Below, piece by piece: positions 32,782 to 43,036 of a stretch of 64,000 nt of DNA. Location: the NCBI GenBank assembly GCA_905234015.1, contig CAJOFK010000001.1:2887-66886 (forward strand). The letters are read 5' to 3'. Origin of the DNA: an uncultured Ruminococcus sp. Its GTDB lineage: Bacteria; Bacillota; Clostridia; Oscillospirales; Acutalibacteraceae. How positions within the stretch are numbered: position 1 is the stretch's first letter; the number at the start of each line of letters is the position of its first letter. A model generated the notes under the pieces. That model was not told the DNA's origin. It saw nothing but the letters and a program-made list of their open reading frames with translations, and ran no database searches. Made by a program: the position numbers and the translations under genes.

Positions 32782-35700
32782 ATGCTTCAGCTTATACTCG
32801 GAAAAAGCGGCAGCGGAAAGACTGCTCTCGCTGAAAATATAATAGCCGATTTGTGTAAAAAAGGCGAAAAAAAGCTTCTTATGCTCGTGCCGGATCAAAG
32901 CTCGTTTGAAACCGAGAGCGATTTTCTCGATTTGCTCGGCGCGGGTTTAAGCCGTGACGTAAAGGTCTTCGGCTTTACGAGGCTTTCAAATTATGTCTTT
33001 AAAACTACCGGCAATATCCCCGAAAACGTTATCGACGACGGCGTGCGCAAAATAATTATGAGCAGGGCGATTGACGAGGTAAAGGATAAACTCGATATTT
33101 TCAACTCCTCAAAAACGAAAAAGTCCGTTCTCGATTTGATGATACATTCACTTAAGGAGTGCAGAAAAGACAATATCAGCTTCGATATGCTCGAAAGCGC
33201 GTCGGAGAATGTTGAAAACGAAACTCTCAGTAAAAAGCTGGTTGAGACCTCGCTTATTCTTAACGCGTATGAGGCGCTGCTTGAAAAAACCTACGTTGAC
33301 CCGCTTGAGAATTTAAACCGTCTCAGGGATATTCTTTTAACTGAAAGACCATTCGAGGGTTATACGATTGCGGTCGACTCATTTTCGGGCTTTACATATC
33401 AGCAGCTCGAAATCATCAGCGTTCTTATGGCGCAGTGTAAGGACTTCTATATAACTGTTAATATCGATATAAACGAAAAAGAAAACGAGATTTTCGCTAC
33501 GACATACCGCACCTTAAAAGCGGTAAAGCGTATTGCCCGTGAAAACGGTATCGAAAAAAAGTCCGATATTATTCTTTCCGATTTTAAGCGAACGTATAAT
33601 AAAGATATTTCTTTTTTAGAAAAAAATGTCTTTCGTCTGAACCGCGAATATTTTACCGGAAAGCCTGAAAATATTGAAATTTATACCGCCTCGGATATTA
33701 AAAACGAGGTCGAGTTTGCCGCGCGTAAAATTAAAAGCCTGATTATTGATAAGGGCTTTAAATACCGCGAAATCGCCGTCGTTTGCCGCGAAAGCTCTAA
33801 GTATATCGGAATACTCGATACTACCCTCGAAAAATACGGAATTCCTTATTTTATGGATATCCCGCGCGATATTTTCACTAAGCCTGTTATAAGATTTATC
33901 ACTTCGGCACTTGAGACGGTTTTAAATAATTTCGAAAGAGATTCGCTTCTTTCTATGCTTAAAACCGGACTTACGCCTTTATCGGTTGATGAAATCTCCG
34001 AGCTTGAAAATTATATTTTTGTATGGAACCTCGACCGCACTGATTTTAAAAAGGAGTTTAAGAATAACCCGAACGGCTTTGAGGCGCTTACCGAAAACGA
34101 TGAGCAAAAGCTTAATAAGCTTGAAAAAATCAGGCAGTATATTATAACTCCGCTCGTTGAATTTAAGTCCGCGTGCAAGGACGCCGACGGCTTGACGATT
34201 TCAAAGGAGCTTTATAAGCTTTGCGAATATTTTGAAATCGAAAAGGCTGTAGATTCATTGTACGATAAGCTCGAGGCTCAGGGACTTATATTTGAGGCTA
34301 ACGAGGAAGTAAGAGCTTATAATCTTATGATTGAATCGCTCGAAAAGCTGACCGCGGCGGTCGGCGAGAGTAAGCTCAGCTTGAAAAAGTATAAGGAATA
34401 CCTTGATTTTAAGCTGAGTGATATTAAGCTGAGCGATATACCGCGCTATCGTGACGAGGTTGTTGTCGCGACAGCCGACAGGGTTCGCCTCAACGACGAA
34501 AAAGCCGTTTTCGTAATAGGAGCCGTTGACGGCGAATTTCCGTCAGTTCCTAAAACCGCCGGAGTTTTCTCCGAGAATGAGCGCCGTATACTTATTGAAA
34601 ATAATATACCGCTTACCGACAGCCTCGAGGAGCTTTCGTGCCATGAAAAGTACCTTGCGTACTGCGCGCTTACCTCTACCAGCGATAAGCTTTTTGTAAG
34701 TACATATGCTTCTGATTTTTCCGGAAACGTTTACGAGCCGTCCGTTATTTTTACGGAAATAAAAAGGCTGTTTAATGAAATTGAAAAAAACGATTTTTCA
34801 ACTCTTAATGAGGGAGAGGAGCTCTACTGTGAAACTCAGGCGTTTGAATACCTTGCAAAGGACTTTTTAAACGCTTCACCGCGGATAAACGCCTTAAAGT
34901 CCTATTTTAAAGCATCGTCCGATTACCTCGGCACTCTCGATAAGCTCGAAAGCTCTCTTTCCAAAGCGCCGTTTGCTATCGGGGATAAGAATATATCCGA
35001 AGAATTATTCGGAAAAAATATGAATATTTCCGCTTCGAGAATTGAGAAATACAACCTCTGTCCTTTCCGGTATTTCTGCAACTACGGTATAAAGGCTAAG
35101 GAGCGCAGGCAGGCGGCGATTGACGCGATTCAGTTTGGAAATATCGTCCATTACTTCTTGGAGAAATTTCTTATAAAGAATAATAAATCTGTCTTAAATT
35201 CTTTGAGCGATGAGGATATTAAAAAGGATATCGACTCAATTCTTATAGAATACGCCGAGGAAAACCTCGGAGGGCTTTCCGATAAATCAGCCTCGTTCTT
35301 AACTCTTTTTGAAAGGCTTAAAATTAATATCTTCACGCTTACAAAGGAGCTTATCCGCGGACTTATGTACTCGGACTTTGTTCCCGTGGATTTTGAGCTT
35401 AATATCGGCGGCGAAATTCCCGCCTATAAAGTTGAAATCGATGACGAAAGAAGTGTATCCGTAAACGGTTATATTGACCGCGTTGATACCCTCGATAAAA
35501 ATGAAAACGAAAAGTATATCCGTATTGTCGATTATAAGACGGGAAATAAGGTGTTTAAGCTCTATGAAATACTTTACGGTATAAACCTTCAGATGCTTCT
35601 TTACCTTAAGTGCGTGTGCGAGAACGGGGAAGAATATTTCGGTAAAAAGCTCATCCCCTCGGGAGTGCTTTATATGCCCTCAGCCGCAAAGGATATCGAC

Positions 35701-36111
35701 GGCGATAAGTACACTACCGACGAGAAAATCACCTCTCAGCTCGACAGCAACTTTAAGATGAACGGACTTGTGTTAAACGACGAAAATGTTCTAAGTCATA
35801 TGGACAGGCTCGGGAAGTTTATTAAGCTCTCAAAGAAGGTTGAAGAAGGAAAGTATTCCGATACCTTCGCAAGCTCTGAGCAGTTTAAGGTGATTTTTAA
35901 GCATATTGACGACGTTGTAAAAAGTATGGGAAAAGAGCTTTTAGACGGAAAAATCAGCGCCTCGCCGATAAAGGGCGTTGCCGACGGCTGCGCTTACTGT
36001 CCGTTTGACAGCATATGCCTGTATACCTACGGCGACGATTACCGTTTTAAAACCGAAGCCTCGCCTAAGCAGGTTTATACTACTCTGGAAGGAGATGAGA
36101 ATGATGGCTGA
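32782..36111 (+). CDS. addB: ATP-dependent helicase/nuclease subunit B
   Basis: GKSGSGKT, LVPDQ, nuclease GYIDRVD/IVDYKTG, Fe-S cysteines (CPF...CAYCPFDSIC). Confidence 0.93.
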   Translation: MLQLILGKSGSGKTALAENIIADLCKKGEKKLLMLVPDQSSFETESDFLDLLGAGLSRDVKVFGFTRLSNYVFKTTGNIPENVIDDGVRKIIMSRAIDEVKDKLDIFNSSKTKKSVLDLMIHSLKECRKDNISFDMLESASENVENETLSKKLVETSLILNAYEALLEKTYVDPLENLNRLRDILLTERPFEGYTIAVDSFSGFTYQQLEIISVLMAQCKDFYITVNIDINEKENEIFATTYRTLKAVKRIARENGIEKKSDIILSDFKRTYNKDISFLEKNVFRLNREYFTGKPENIEIYTASDIKNEVEFAARKIKSLIIDKGFKYREIAVVCRESSKYIGILDTTLEKYGIPYFMDIPRDIFTKPVIRFITSALETVLNNFERDSLLSMLKTGLTPLSVDEISELENYIFVWNLDRTDFKKEFKNNPNGFEALTENDEQKLNKLEKIRQYIITPLVEFKSACKDADGLTISKELYKLCEYFEIEKAVDSLYDKLEAQGLIFEANEEVRAYNLMIESLEKLTAAVGESKLSLKKYKEYLDFKLSDIKLSDIPRYRDEVVVATADRVRLNDEKAVFVIGAVDGEFPSVPKTAGVFSENERRILIENNIPLTDSLEELSCHEKYLAYCALTSTSDKLFVSTYASDFSGNVYEPSVIFTEIKRLFNEIEKNDFSTLNEGEELYCETQAFEYLAKDFLNASPRINALKSYFKASSDYLGTLDKLESSLSKAPFAIGDKNISEELFGKNMNISASRIEKYNLCPFRYFCNYGIKAKERRQAAIDAIQFGNIVHYFLEKFLIKNNKSVLNSLSDEDIKKDIDSILIEYAEENLGGLSDKSASFLTLFERLKINIFTLTKELIRGLMYSDFVPVDFELNIGGEIPAYKVEIDDERSVSVNGYIDRVDTLDKNENEKYIRIVDYKTGNKVFKLYEILYGINLQMLLYLKCVCENGEEYFGKKLIPSGVLYMPSAAKDIDGDKYTTDEKITSQLDSNFKMNGLVLNDENVLSHMDRLGKFIKLSKKVEEGKYSDTFASSEQFKVIFKHIDDVVKSMGKELLDGKISASPIKGVADGCAYCPFDSICLYTYGDDYRFKTEASPKQVYTTLEGDENDG

Positions 36112-39100
36112 TATGAGTTGGACTGACGCGCAGAAAAACGCGATAGGAGCACGAAACGGCTCCGTTCTCGTCTCGGCAGCGGCAGGCTCCGGCAAAACCG
36201 CTGTACTTGTTCAGAGAATAATCGACTCGATTACCGACAGCGAAAAGCCCGTTTCAATCGACCGTATGCTGATAGTAACCTTTACGCGTGCCGCAAGCGC
36301 AGAAATGCGCTCGCGTATTGAAGCGGCGCTTAATAAGCTTCTTGAAAACGACCCCTATAACACTTATCTTTTAAACCAGCGCCAGCTTCTCTACAGCGCG
36401 AAAATCTCTACTATCGACGGCTTCTGTACCGAGTTTATTCGTAATTATTTTTATAATCTGAATATTCAGAGCGATTTCCGTATAGCTGACGAGGGCGAGC
36501 TTGCTATCCTGCGTACTAAAGCGCTCGATAACGCGCTCGAAACCTTTTATGATGAAAACAGCGATGATTTCAGGCGCTTATTAAGCTCAGTTTGTACATA
36601 CCGCAATGATGATAATTTAAGAAAGCATATTTTAAGCACATACGACTTTTTGACATCAGTTCCGTTTATGGACAGCTGGATGGATAAAATGCTGCTGTTT
36701 TATGATATGCCGTTTGAAGAAACACCGTATTTTACATACCTTCTTAAGTATGCCGGCGACAGTATTTCGTATTGCATTAATCTTATTTCAACCTGCTTTA
36801 ACTACCTTAACAAGGACGAGTATTTAAAGCCGGAGCAGCTTGAAAAAATCCGCACTATGTTAAACGGCGACAGCCTGATTTTTGAATCTCTCGAAGATGC
36901 AGTTCAGTCGCAGAACTGGGACGAAATTAAAGAAGCGGTTGAGGGCGTATCATTTACGAGATTCCCGACTATAAAGGGCTCCGCCGACGATAATTTTAAG
37001 GAGGTTATAAAGAATCTCCGTGATATTTATAAGGCTGAAATAAAGAAGCTCAGCGCAATTTTCGATAAAGATATTTCTGATATAGAAAAAAACACGAAGT
37101 ATAATTACCCCGTAATCAAAGTGTTTTTTGAGTGCGTAAAGCGTTTTCGCGACGAGTTTTCCGCGCTTAAAGGTGAGAAGAATATTCTCGATTTCTCCGA
37201 CGTTGAGGAGCTTATGGTTAAGCTCCTTTGCGAAAATAACGGCGGTGAAATAACCTATACCGATATTTCCGGGGAAATATCATCTATGTTCGATATGATT
37301 ATGGTTGATGAGTTCCAGGACATAAACGAGGTTCAGGATTTAATCTTCCGCGCAGTCAGCGGAGATAAGAATAACCTCTTCGTTGTCGGCGACGTTAAGC
37401 AGAGCATTTACGGATTCCGTCAGGCTAAGCCCGACATTTTTATAGGCTATAAGGACGCCTATAACGACTACAGCAAAGCTGACGAAAATTATCCCGCTAA
37501 GATAATTCTCGATAAAAATTTCAGAAGCCGTCTCGGTATAACTCAGGCGTGCAACTTTATTTTCTCTACTCTTATGTCCGAGGAAATCGGAGGACTCAAA
37601 TATACTTCCGAGGAGGAGCTCGTCTACGGAGCCGATTACCCCGAGTCCGATGAGGTCAACACCGAGCTTATGCTTGTTGATACCTCGAACGTTGATGAGG
37701 AAAATAACGAAACCGAGCTGAGCGTTGAAGCTGCCGCCGTAGCGGAAAAGATTCATAAGCTGATAAAGTCAGAATTATTAGTCAAGGTTAAGGAAAACGG
37801 CGAGGAAAAGCTTCGCAAAATTACCTATGGAGATATCGCGATACTCCTAAGAAGCCCGAAGGGTGATACCCGCCGCGCTTTAACCTTTGTGAATACCTTG
37901 AACAGATGTGTTATTCCTACCGTAAGCGAGGAGAAAAACAGCTTTTTCGATTCTCCCGAGATTAAGGTTATGCTTAACCTGCTTAGGATAATCGACAACC
38001 CTATTCAGGATATTCCGCTCGTTTCCGTTATGCTCAGCCCGATGTTCTTTTTTACTCCCGACTCTTTGGCTGAACTCAGAATAAATGACAGGAAAAGTCC
38101 TCTTTATATCGCGCTTAAGAAAAGTACCGACGAAAAGTGCGTACGTTTTGTTGAATTTATCGACAGGATGAGAACCGTAAGCGTTACGACGACGGTTGAC
38201 AGGCTTATCGGAATACTTTTAAGCCTTACTTCGTTTGACTGTATCGCTATGGCAGGCGAAAAATTCAACGCCGATAATCTTTATTTGTTGCAGGACTACG
38301 CACGCTCCTACGCCGCGAACGGCTATAAAACTCTTACCGCGTTTATTAATTATATCGACCGTATAAAGGAGCGCGGAACCTTTATCAATTCCGCAGATAA
38401 CTCCGACGGCGGCGCTTTAAACGCCGTAAGGGTTATGAGTATTCATTCAAGTAAGGGGCTTGAATTTCCGGTCGTATTTTTAAGCAGTACGTCAACCGAG
38501 TTTAACCTGCGCGACGCTTCCGACGACGTCGTTTTAAATGCTGATTACGGTATCGGTATGAAGATAAAGAAAGATATTCTTAAGTATGAAACTACCGAAA
38601 GAAAAGCCCTCTCGCTTATGCAGAAGGACTCTATGATTTCCGAGGAGATGAGGGTGCTTTATGTTGCACTTACGAGGGCGCGGGAGCGGTTAATCGTAAC
38701 CGCCTCGAGTAAATCTCCCGGGGAGTATCTTTTAAAGCTGGAGAGTAAAATCGCGTCGTATCCGATTCCGCCTTATGTGGTTAAGAGTATGAGCTCATAC
38801 AGCGACTGGATTTTCACCTGCGCGCTTGCTAATCCCTCCTGCGATATCCGTACAAATACCCTGCCGTATTATACTGATTACAGCGAGACCGATAGACCGT
38901 GGAACGTTGAGATAATCTCGGACGCTCAGCCTGCCGAAGCGCCGCTTGCTCCGATTGTGAGAAGCCCTGCGCCTGCCGGGTGCTCAGAGGTTGACGAAGA
39001 ATTCCTCGAAAGCTTTAAAGCAAGAATAGGCTTTGAATACGAGGATAAAAAGCTCTTAAGTCTGCCGCAGAAGGTAAGCGCCTCGGAGCTGTCGCATATG

Positions 39101-39655
39101 GATAACAGGATTTTTAATAAACTCTTAAGAAAGCCTGTTTTCGCTGACGGTAAAAAGGGCTCGGGCGCCGAAAAAGGCACCGCTTTTCACAACTTTATGG
39201 AGCGCTGTAATATTGAAAACGCCGTTAAGGATTGTAAGGCGGAGGCTGAGCGCTTAGCGGAAAACGGCTTCTTAACCGCACGTCAGCTCGAGATGCTTGA
39301 TTACGAAAAGCTCGAAAGGTTTTTAAGCTCAAGCCTTATAAGCCGTGTGCTTAACAGCGACAGCTATGACAGGGAATATCAGTTTACGGTAAAAATCCCC
39401 GCAAGCGGCTATAACCCCGAGTTTGATAACGAGGAAATTATAATGCAGGGTGCAATTGACCTTGTGTTCTTTGAAAACAACGAGGCGGTAATAGTCGATT
39501 ATAAAACCGACAGGGTAGGGGACGTTTCCGCTTTATCTTCACTTTACAGTAAGCAGGTTGAGCTTTATAAGTTCGCTATAAAGGAAACTACCGGGCTTAA
39601 CGTTAAGGAATGTATCATTTACTCAATCCACCTCGGAGAGGAAATCACAGTTTAA
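36101..39655 (+). CDS. addA: ATP-dependent helicase/nuclease subunit A
   Basis: SAAAGSGKT, VDEFQD, VGDVKQSIY, YVALTRA, C-terminal GAID...DYKT. Confidence 0.95.
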   Translation: MMADMSWTDAQKNAIGARNGSVLVSAAAGSGKTAVLVQRIIDSITDSEKPVSIDRMLIVTFTRAASAEMRSRIEAALNKLLENDPYNTYLLNQRQLLYSAKISTIDGFCTEFIRNYFYNLNIQSDFRIADEGELAILRTKALDNALETFYDENSDDFRRLLSSVCTYRNDDNLRKHILSTYDFLTSVPFMDSWMDKMLLFYDMPFEETPYFTYLLKYAGDSISYCINLISTCFNYLNKDEYLKPEQLEKIRTMLNGDSLIFESLEDAVQSQNWDEIKEAVEGVSFTRFPTIKGSADDNFKEVIKNLRDIYKAEIKKLSAIFDKDISDIEKNTKYNYPVIKVFFECVKRFRDEFSALKGEKNILDFSDVEELMVKLLCENNGGEITYTDISGEISSMFDMIMVDEFQDINEVQDLIFRAVSGDKNNLFVVGDVKQSIYGFRQAKPDIFIGYKDAYNDYSKADENYPAKIILDKNFRSRLGITQACNFIFSTLMSEEIGGLKYTSEEELVYGADYPESDEVNTELMLVDTSNVDEENNETELSVEAAAVAEKIHKLIKSELLVKVKENGEEKLRKITYGDIAILLRSPKGDTRRALTFVNTLNRCVIPTVSEEKNSFFDSPEIKVMLNLLRIIDNPIQDIPLVSVMLSPMFFFTPDSLAELRINDRKSPLYIALKKSTDEKCVRFVEFIDRMRTVSVTTTVDRLIGILLSLTSFDCIAMAGEKFNADNLYLLQDYARSYAANGYKTLTAFINYIDRIKERGTFINSADNSDGGALNAVRVMSIHSSKGLEFPVVFLSSTSTEFNLRDASDDVVLNADYGIGMKIKKDILKYETTERKALSLMQKDSMISEEMRVLYVALTRARERLIVTASSKSPGEYLLKLESKIASYPIPPYVVKSMSSYSDWIFTCALANPSCDIRTNTLPYYTDYSETDRPWNVEIISDAQPAEAPLAPIVRSPAPAGCSEVDEEFLESFKARIGFEYEDKKLLSLPQKVSASELSHMDNRIFNKLLRKPVFADGKKGSGAEKGTAFHNFMERCNIENAVKDCKAEAERLAENGFLTARQLEMLDYEKLERFLSSSLISRVLNSDSYDREYQFTVKIPASGYNPEFDNEEIIMQGAIDLVFFENNEAVIVDYKTDRVGDVSALSSLYSKQVELYKFAIKETTGLNVKECIIYSIHLGEEITV

Positions 39656-39667
39656 ATAAATAGAAAA

Positions 39668-39695
39668 GGCGTGACACATCGGCTTGTGTCACGCC
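39668..39695. terminator. Hairpin between convergent addA and pyrB
   Basis: ggcgtgacaca-tcggct-tgtgtcacgcc. Confidence 0.75.
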
Positions 39696-39712
39696 ATAAA
39701 TCTTTTTTTTAG

Positions 39713-40792
39713 TTAAACAACCTCGCTGTCACAGTAATCGCAGAAATGCTTATCGTTCTTTAAATAAGTATTTCTCGGCAGGTAGAACTGCTGGGGGTCA
39801 TTTGTGATACATTTTTCGTTGGAGCACTTCGAGCCCTTTTTGATAATAGGATCGGGAGTGCTGAAGGTGAACGCGCCTTCTGTTCTTAAAAGAAGTACTA
39901 TAAGCGCCATTCTTCCGTACATACCGTATTCAGCCTGCTTGAAGTAACATGCCCTCGGATCGTCATCAACCTCAATCGCGATTTCATCAACTCTCGGCAG
40001 CGGATGAAGAATAATCATATCCTCCTTAGCGAGAGCGAGTTTTTCGTTGTTGAGTACGAAAACTCCTTTTTGCTTCTGATAATCCTCGTCGGTTGCAAAG
40101 CGCTCTCTCTGAATCCTCGTCATATACAGTACGTCAAGCTCGGAAATAGCGTCCTTGAGGTTATCTATTTCGGTGTACTCACAACCTGAATTGTCCATAA
40201 TTTCCTTAATGTACTGCGGAACTGATAATTCCTTTGTAGAGATAAGAACAAAGCTGTTGCCCTCAAAATGACTCATTGTTTTTATGAGCGAGTGAACGGT
40301 TCTGCCGTTTAATAAATCGCCGCATAGTCCGATTTTGAGGTGGTCGAGACGTCCCTTTTCAAAGCTTAAGGTACAAACGTCCGTTAAAGTCTGGGTAGGG
40401 TGGAAATGTCCGCCGTCGCCGCAGTTTATAAGCGGAACGCTGCTGTATAAAGAAGCCGCCTTAGCCGAGCCCTCGCTCGGGTGGCGCATAGCAATAATAT
40501 CGCTGTAGCTGCTGATTATTGTAATAGTGTCCTTTAAATTTTCGCCCTTAGCGACTGATGAGTTCATCGGGTTATCGAAGCCGATTGTCTTTCCGCCGAG
40601 CCTGAGCATCGCCGCCTGAAACGACATCTGCGTTCTCGTAGAAGGCTCGTAGAATAAGGTCGCCATAACCTTGCCGTCGCACGCGTGCTTATAAACATCG
40701 GGACGGCTCTTGATAACCTTCGCGAGATTAATAGTCTGCTGAAGCTCATCGGTAGTCATATACTCGAGATCAATTAAGTTTTTATGCTCCAT
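39713..40792 (-). CDS. pyrB: Aspartate carbamoyltransferase catalytic chain with fused C-terminal zinc domain
   Basis: FYEPSTRT, HPTQTL, YMTRIQRER, HPLPR; tail CSNEKCIT...CDYC. Confidence 0.95.
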   Translation of the reverse strand: MEHKNLIDLEYMTTDELQQTINLAKVIKSRPDVYKHACDGKVMATLFYEPSTRTQMSFQAAMLRLGGKTIGFDNPMNSSVAKGENLKDTITIISSYSDIIAMRHPSEGSAKAASLYSSVPLINCGDGGHFHPTQTLTDVCTLSFEKGRLDHLKIGLCGDLLNGRTVHSLIKTMSHFEGNSFVLISTKELSVPQYIKEIMDNSGCEYTEIDNLKDAISELDVLYMTRIQRERFATDEDYQKQKGVFVLNNEKLALAKEDMIILHPLPRVDEIAIEVDDDPRACYFKQAEYGMYGRMALIVLLLRTEGAFTFSTPDPIIKKGSKCSNEKCITNDPQQFYLPRNTYLKNDKHFCDYCDSEVV

Positions 40793-40867
40793 AGTATCAC
40801 CCCAATTGACTTTATTTTACCAAATTTACCGCTATATTTCAATAGTAAAGCTATTCAGTTATGGTAC

Positions 40868-40896
40868 TTGATTTTAGAACTTTTTTGTAGTATAAT
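40868..40896 (+). promoter_or_regulatory. Sigma-A promoter for tRNA-Leu
   Basis: TTGATT-N17-TATAAT. Confidence 0.7.
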
Positions 40897-40909
40897 ACAT
40901 AAGCGATAC

Positions 40910-40996
40910 GCCGGTGTGATGGAATTGGCAGACGTAGCGGACTCAAAATCCGCCGGTAGCGATACCGTACCGGTTCGAGTCCGGTCACCGGCACCA
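40910..40996 (+). tRNA. tRNA-Leu (CAA)
   Basis: Acceptor GCCGGTG/CACCGGC-A-CCA, anticodon arm GCGGA-CTCAAAA-TCCGC, long variable arm, GGTTCGAGT T loop. Confidence 0.96.
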
Positions 40997-41226
40997 AAAC
41001 AAAAAGCCCCATTTGGGGCTTTTTGTTTTGGTGTGACCGCACTCGAAGCCGACCGTAAAGAAATTGTCCCTGCGGGACAATTTTAGGGAGGAGCGCAGAT
41101 GAAACCTTTCCTCTAAACGTGAACCCGACAAGCGTGGATTAAGTTTTATAACAGATGAACATAGGTCACCGATTAGCCCCATCCGGGGCTTTTTGTTTTG
41201 GTGCCGGCGGTTGGACTCGTAGCTGA
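40997..41226. repeat. tRNA-associated repeat: two degenerate inverted copies of the tRNA 3' end plus hairpins
   Basis: agcccc...ggggctttttgttttggtg occurs twice, each followed by sequence resembling the reverse complement of the T arm. Confidence 0.7.
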
Positions 41227-41305
41227 CTTTATTAATTGCTAACTTTTCCTATTATGTGAAAATTATTACAATTTTATTAATATTTTATAAATTATCCCTT
41301 TAAAG

Positions 41306-41335
41306 TTGACAAAATTATACAAAATATCATATAAT
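41306..41335 (+). promoter_or_regulatory. Sigma-A promoter for the kinase operon
   Basis: TTGACA-N18-TATAAT in an AT-rich region. Confidence 0.65.
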
Positions 41336-41398
41336 ATTAACCGAATATTGTTGATGTTAATTTAATTCTTTATTCGAATTTTGTTAAAGGGGTATTTT

Positions 41399-43024
41399 AT
41401 GAGCGATTTAAGTTTTTGTCCTAATTGTTTTTGCTCTTTAAACGGCAGCGCCGTATGCCCCGAATGCGGATATATTCACGATTTTTCCGCCTATCCGTTT
41501 GCGCTTCCGGTATCGACCGTATTAGGCGGAAGATATATAATCGGACGTGTGCTCGGACAGGGCGGATTCGGAATCACATATATTGCGAAGGATTATAAAA
41601 CCGGCTCTCTCGTCGCGGTTAAGGAGTATTTCCCCGAGTCGCTAGCCTCAAGAACGGGCGGTACTGCAGTGTCTCCTTTTTCGGGGGAGCGTAAGCAGAA
41701 TTTTGATTACGGAAAAACCTGCTTTCTTGAAGAAGCGAAAACCCTAGCCTGCTTTAACGACTGTCCGGGAATTGTCAGCGTTTTCAATTACTTTGAGGAG
41801 AATAATACCGCCTACTTTACTATGGAGTATCTGAGCGGTACAAGCCTCTGCAGTTATCTTAAATCAAAGGGAAACAGGATCGATTTCTTTGAGACGATGA
41901 ATATCGTTTTTCCTGTTATGGACGCGCTGGAGCTTGTTCATAAAAAGGGTATTATTCATCGCGATATCAGCCCCGATAACATCTGTATCACCTCCGATAA
42001 AAGAGTCGTTCTGCTCGACTTCGGCTCGGCTCGCTACAGTATGGGCGAGGTCAGTAAAAGCCTCGACGTTGTGCTGAAACACGGCTTCGCGCCTAAGGAA
42101 CAGTACGCCCGTCACGGACGTCAGGGGGCGTTTACCGATATTTACGCGCTTGCCGCTACGATTTACAGATGCATTACCGGTCAGCTTCCGCCCGATTCAA
42201 TCGACAGAATTGATAACGACGAGATTATAAAGCCGTCGGCGTTAGCGCCGATTCCGCCCGAGGCGGAACGCGCAATTATGAAGGCGCTTTCGGTTCAGCC
42301 ATCCGCCAGATATCCGTCGGTCGCCGATTTTAAGGCGGACTTAAAGAAATCGTTTGCGGCTAAGAAAAATATATCAAAAAATGTATCTAAAAAAACACCG
42401 GAATCCGGCAGCGTATTAACAAATGCTAAACCTAAGCCTGTGAAGCAAAAGCCGGCGTCCGATAAAACGGACGGCAAAAACATAAAGAAGCCCGTTATTA
42501 TTTCCGCCGCGTGCGTTGTGCTCGCCGCGTTAATCGCCGTAATTGCCGGAGTGATAATTCTGAATAATAACGGAAGCTCAGCTCAGCCCTCGGGCTATGA
42601 ATATACCGTGGTTGATAATACAATCACCCTCGACAGCTATACGGGCAGTGATATAAACGTCGTTGTTCCCGACGAAATTGACGGAATCACCGTCACTAAA
42701 ATCGGTGAAAACTGCTTTGCGGGTTCGGATATCGAAAGCGTAAGTATTCCGTCTGCGGTAACGACAATCGGGCGCGCAGCGTTCAGCAACTGTTCGAATC
42801 TCTGCGAGGTTAATATGGCGGACGGGGTTGCCGTGATTGAAAACAGCGCGTTTGAAAACTGCGTATCTCTCACTAATGTGGAATTCCCTGACAGCGTACG
42901 TCAGATTCAGAACTGGGCGTTCGAGGGTTGTGACAGCCTTGAATCCTTAAAAATTCCGAATGAAGCCGTTATGGATTCATACTCAACTTTCAGCGATAAT
43001 CATATTCAAATAATAAAATATTAA
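41399..43024 (+). CDS. Ser/Thr kinase 1: Zn ribbon-kinase-TM-short BspA-type LRR
   Basis: CPNC..CPEC; GQGGFG, VAVKE, HRDISPDN, DFG, APKE; one TM; about 4-5 IP..V..IG..AF..C repeats. Confidence 0.92.
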   Translation: MSDLSFCPNCFCSLNGSAVCPECGYIHDFSAYPFALPVSTVLGGRYIIGRVLGQGGFGITYIAKDYKTGSLVAVKEYFPESLASRTGGTAVSPFSGERKQNFDYGKTCFLEEAKTLACFNDCPGIVSVFNYFEENNTAYFTMEYLSGTSLCSYLKSKGNRIDFFETMNIVFPVMDALELVHKKGIIHRDISPDNICITSDKRVVLLDFGSARYSMGEVSKSLDVVLKHGFAPKEQYARHGRQGAFTDIYALAATIYRCITGQLPPDSIDRIDNDEIIKPSALAPIPPEAERAIMKALSVQPSARYPSVADFKADLKKSFAAKKNISKNVSKKTPESGSVLTNAKPKPVKQKPASDKTDGKNIKKPVIISAACVVLAALIAVIAGVIILNNNGSSAQPSGYEYTVVDNTITLDSYTGSDINVVVPDEIDGITVTKIGENCFAGSDIESVSIPSAVTTIGRAAFSNCSNLCEVNMADGVAVIENSAFENCVSLTNVEFPDSVRQIQNWAFEGCDSLESLKIPNEAVMDSYSTFSDNHIQIIKY

Positions 43025-43036
43025 ACGGAGGAAACT

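Noticed and set aside
40784-41182. Short ORFs of 63-100 aa around the tRNA
   Set aside because: They overlap the tRNA and its repeats and show no protein motifs
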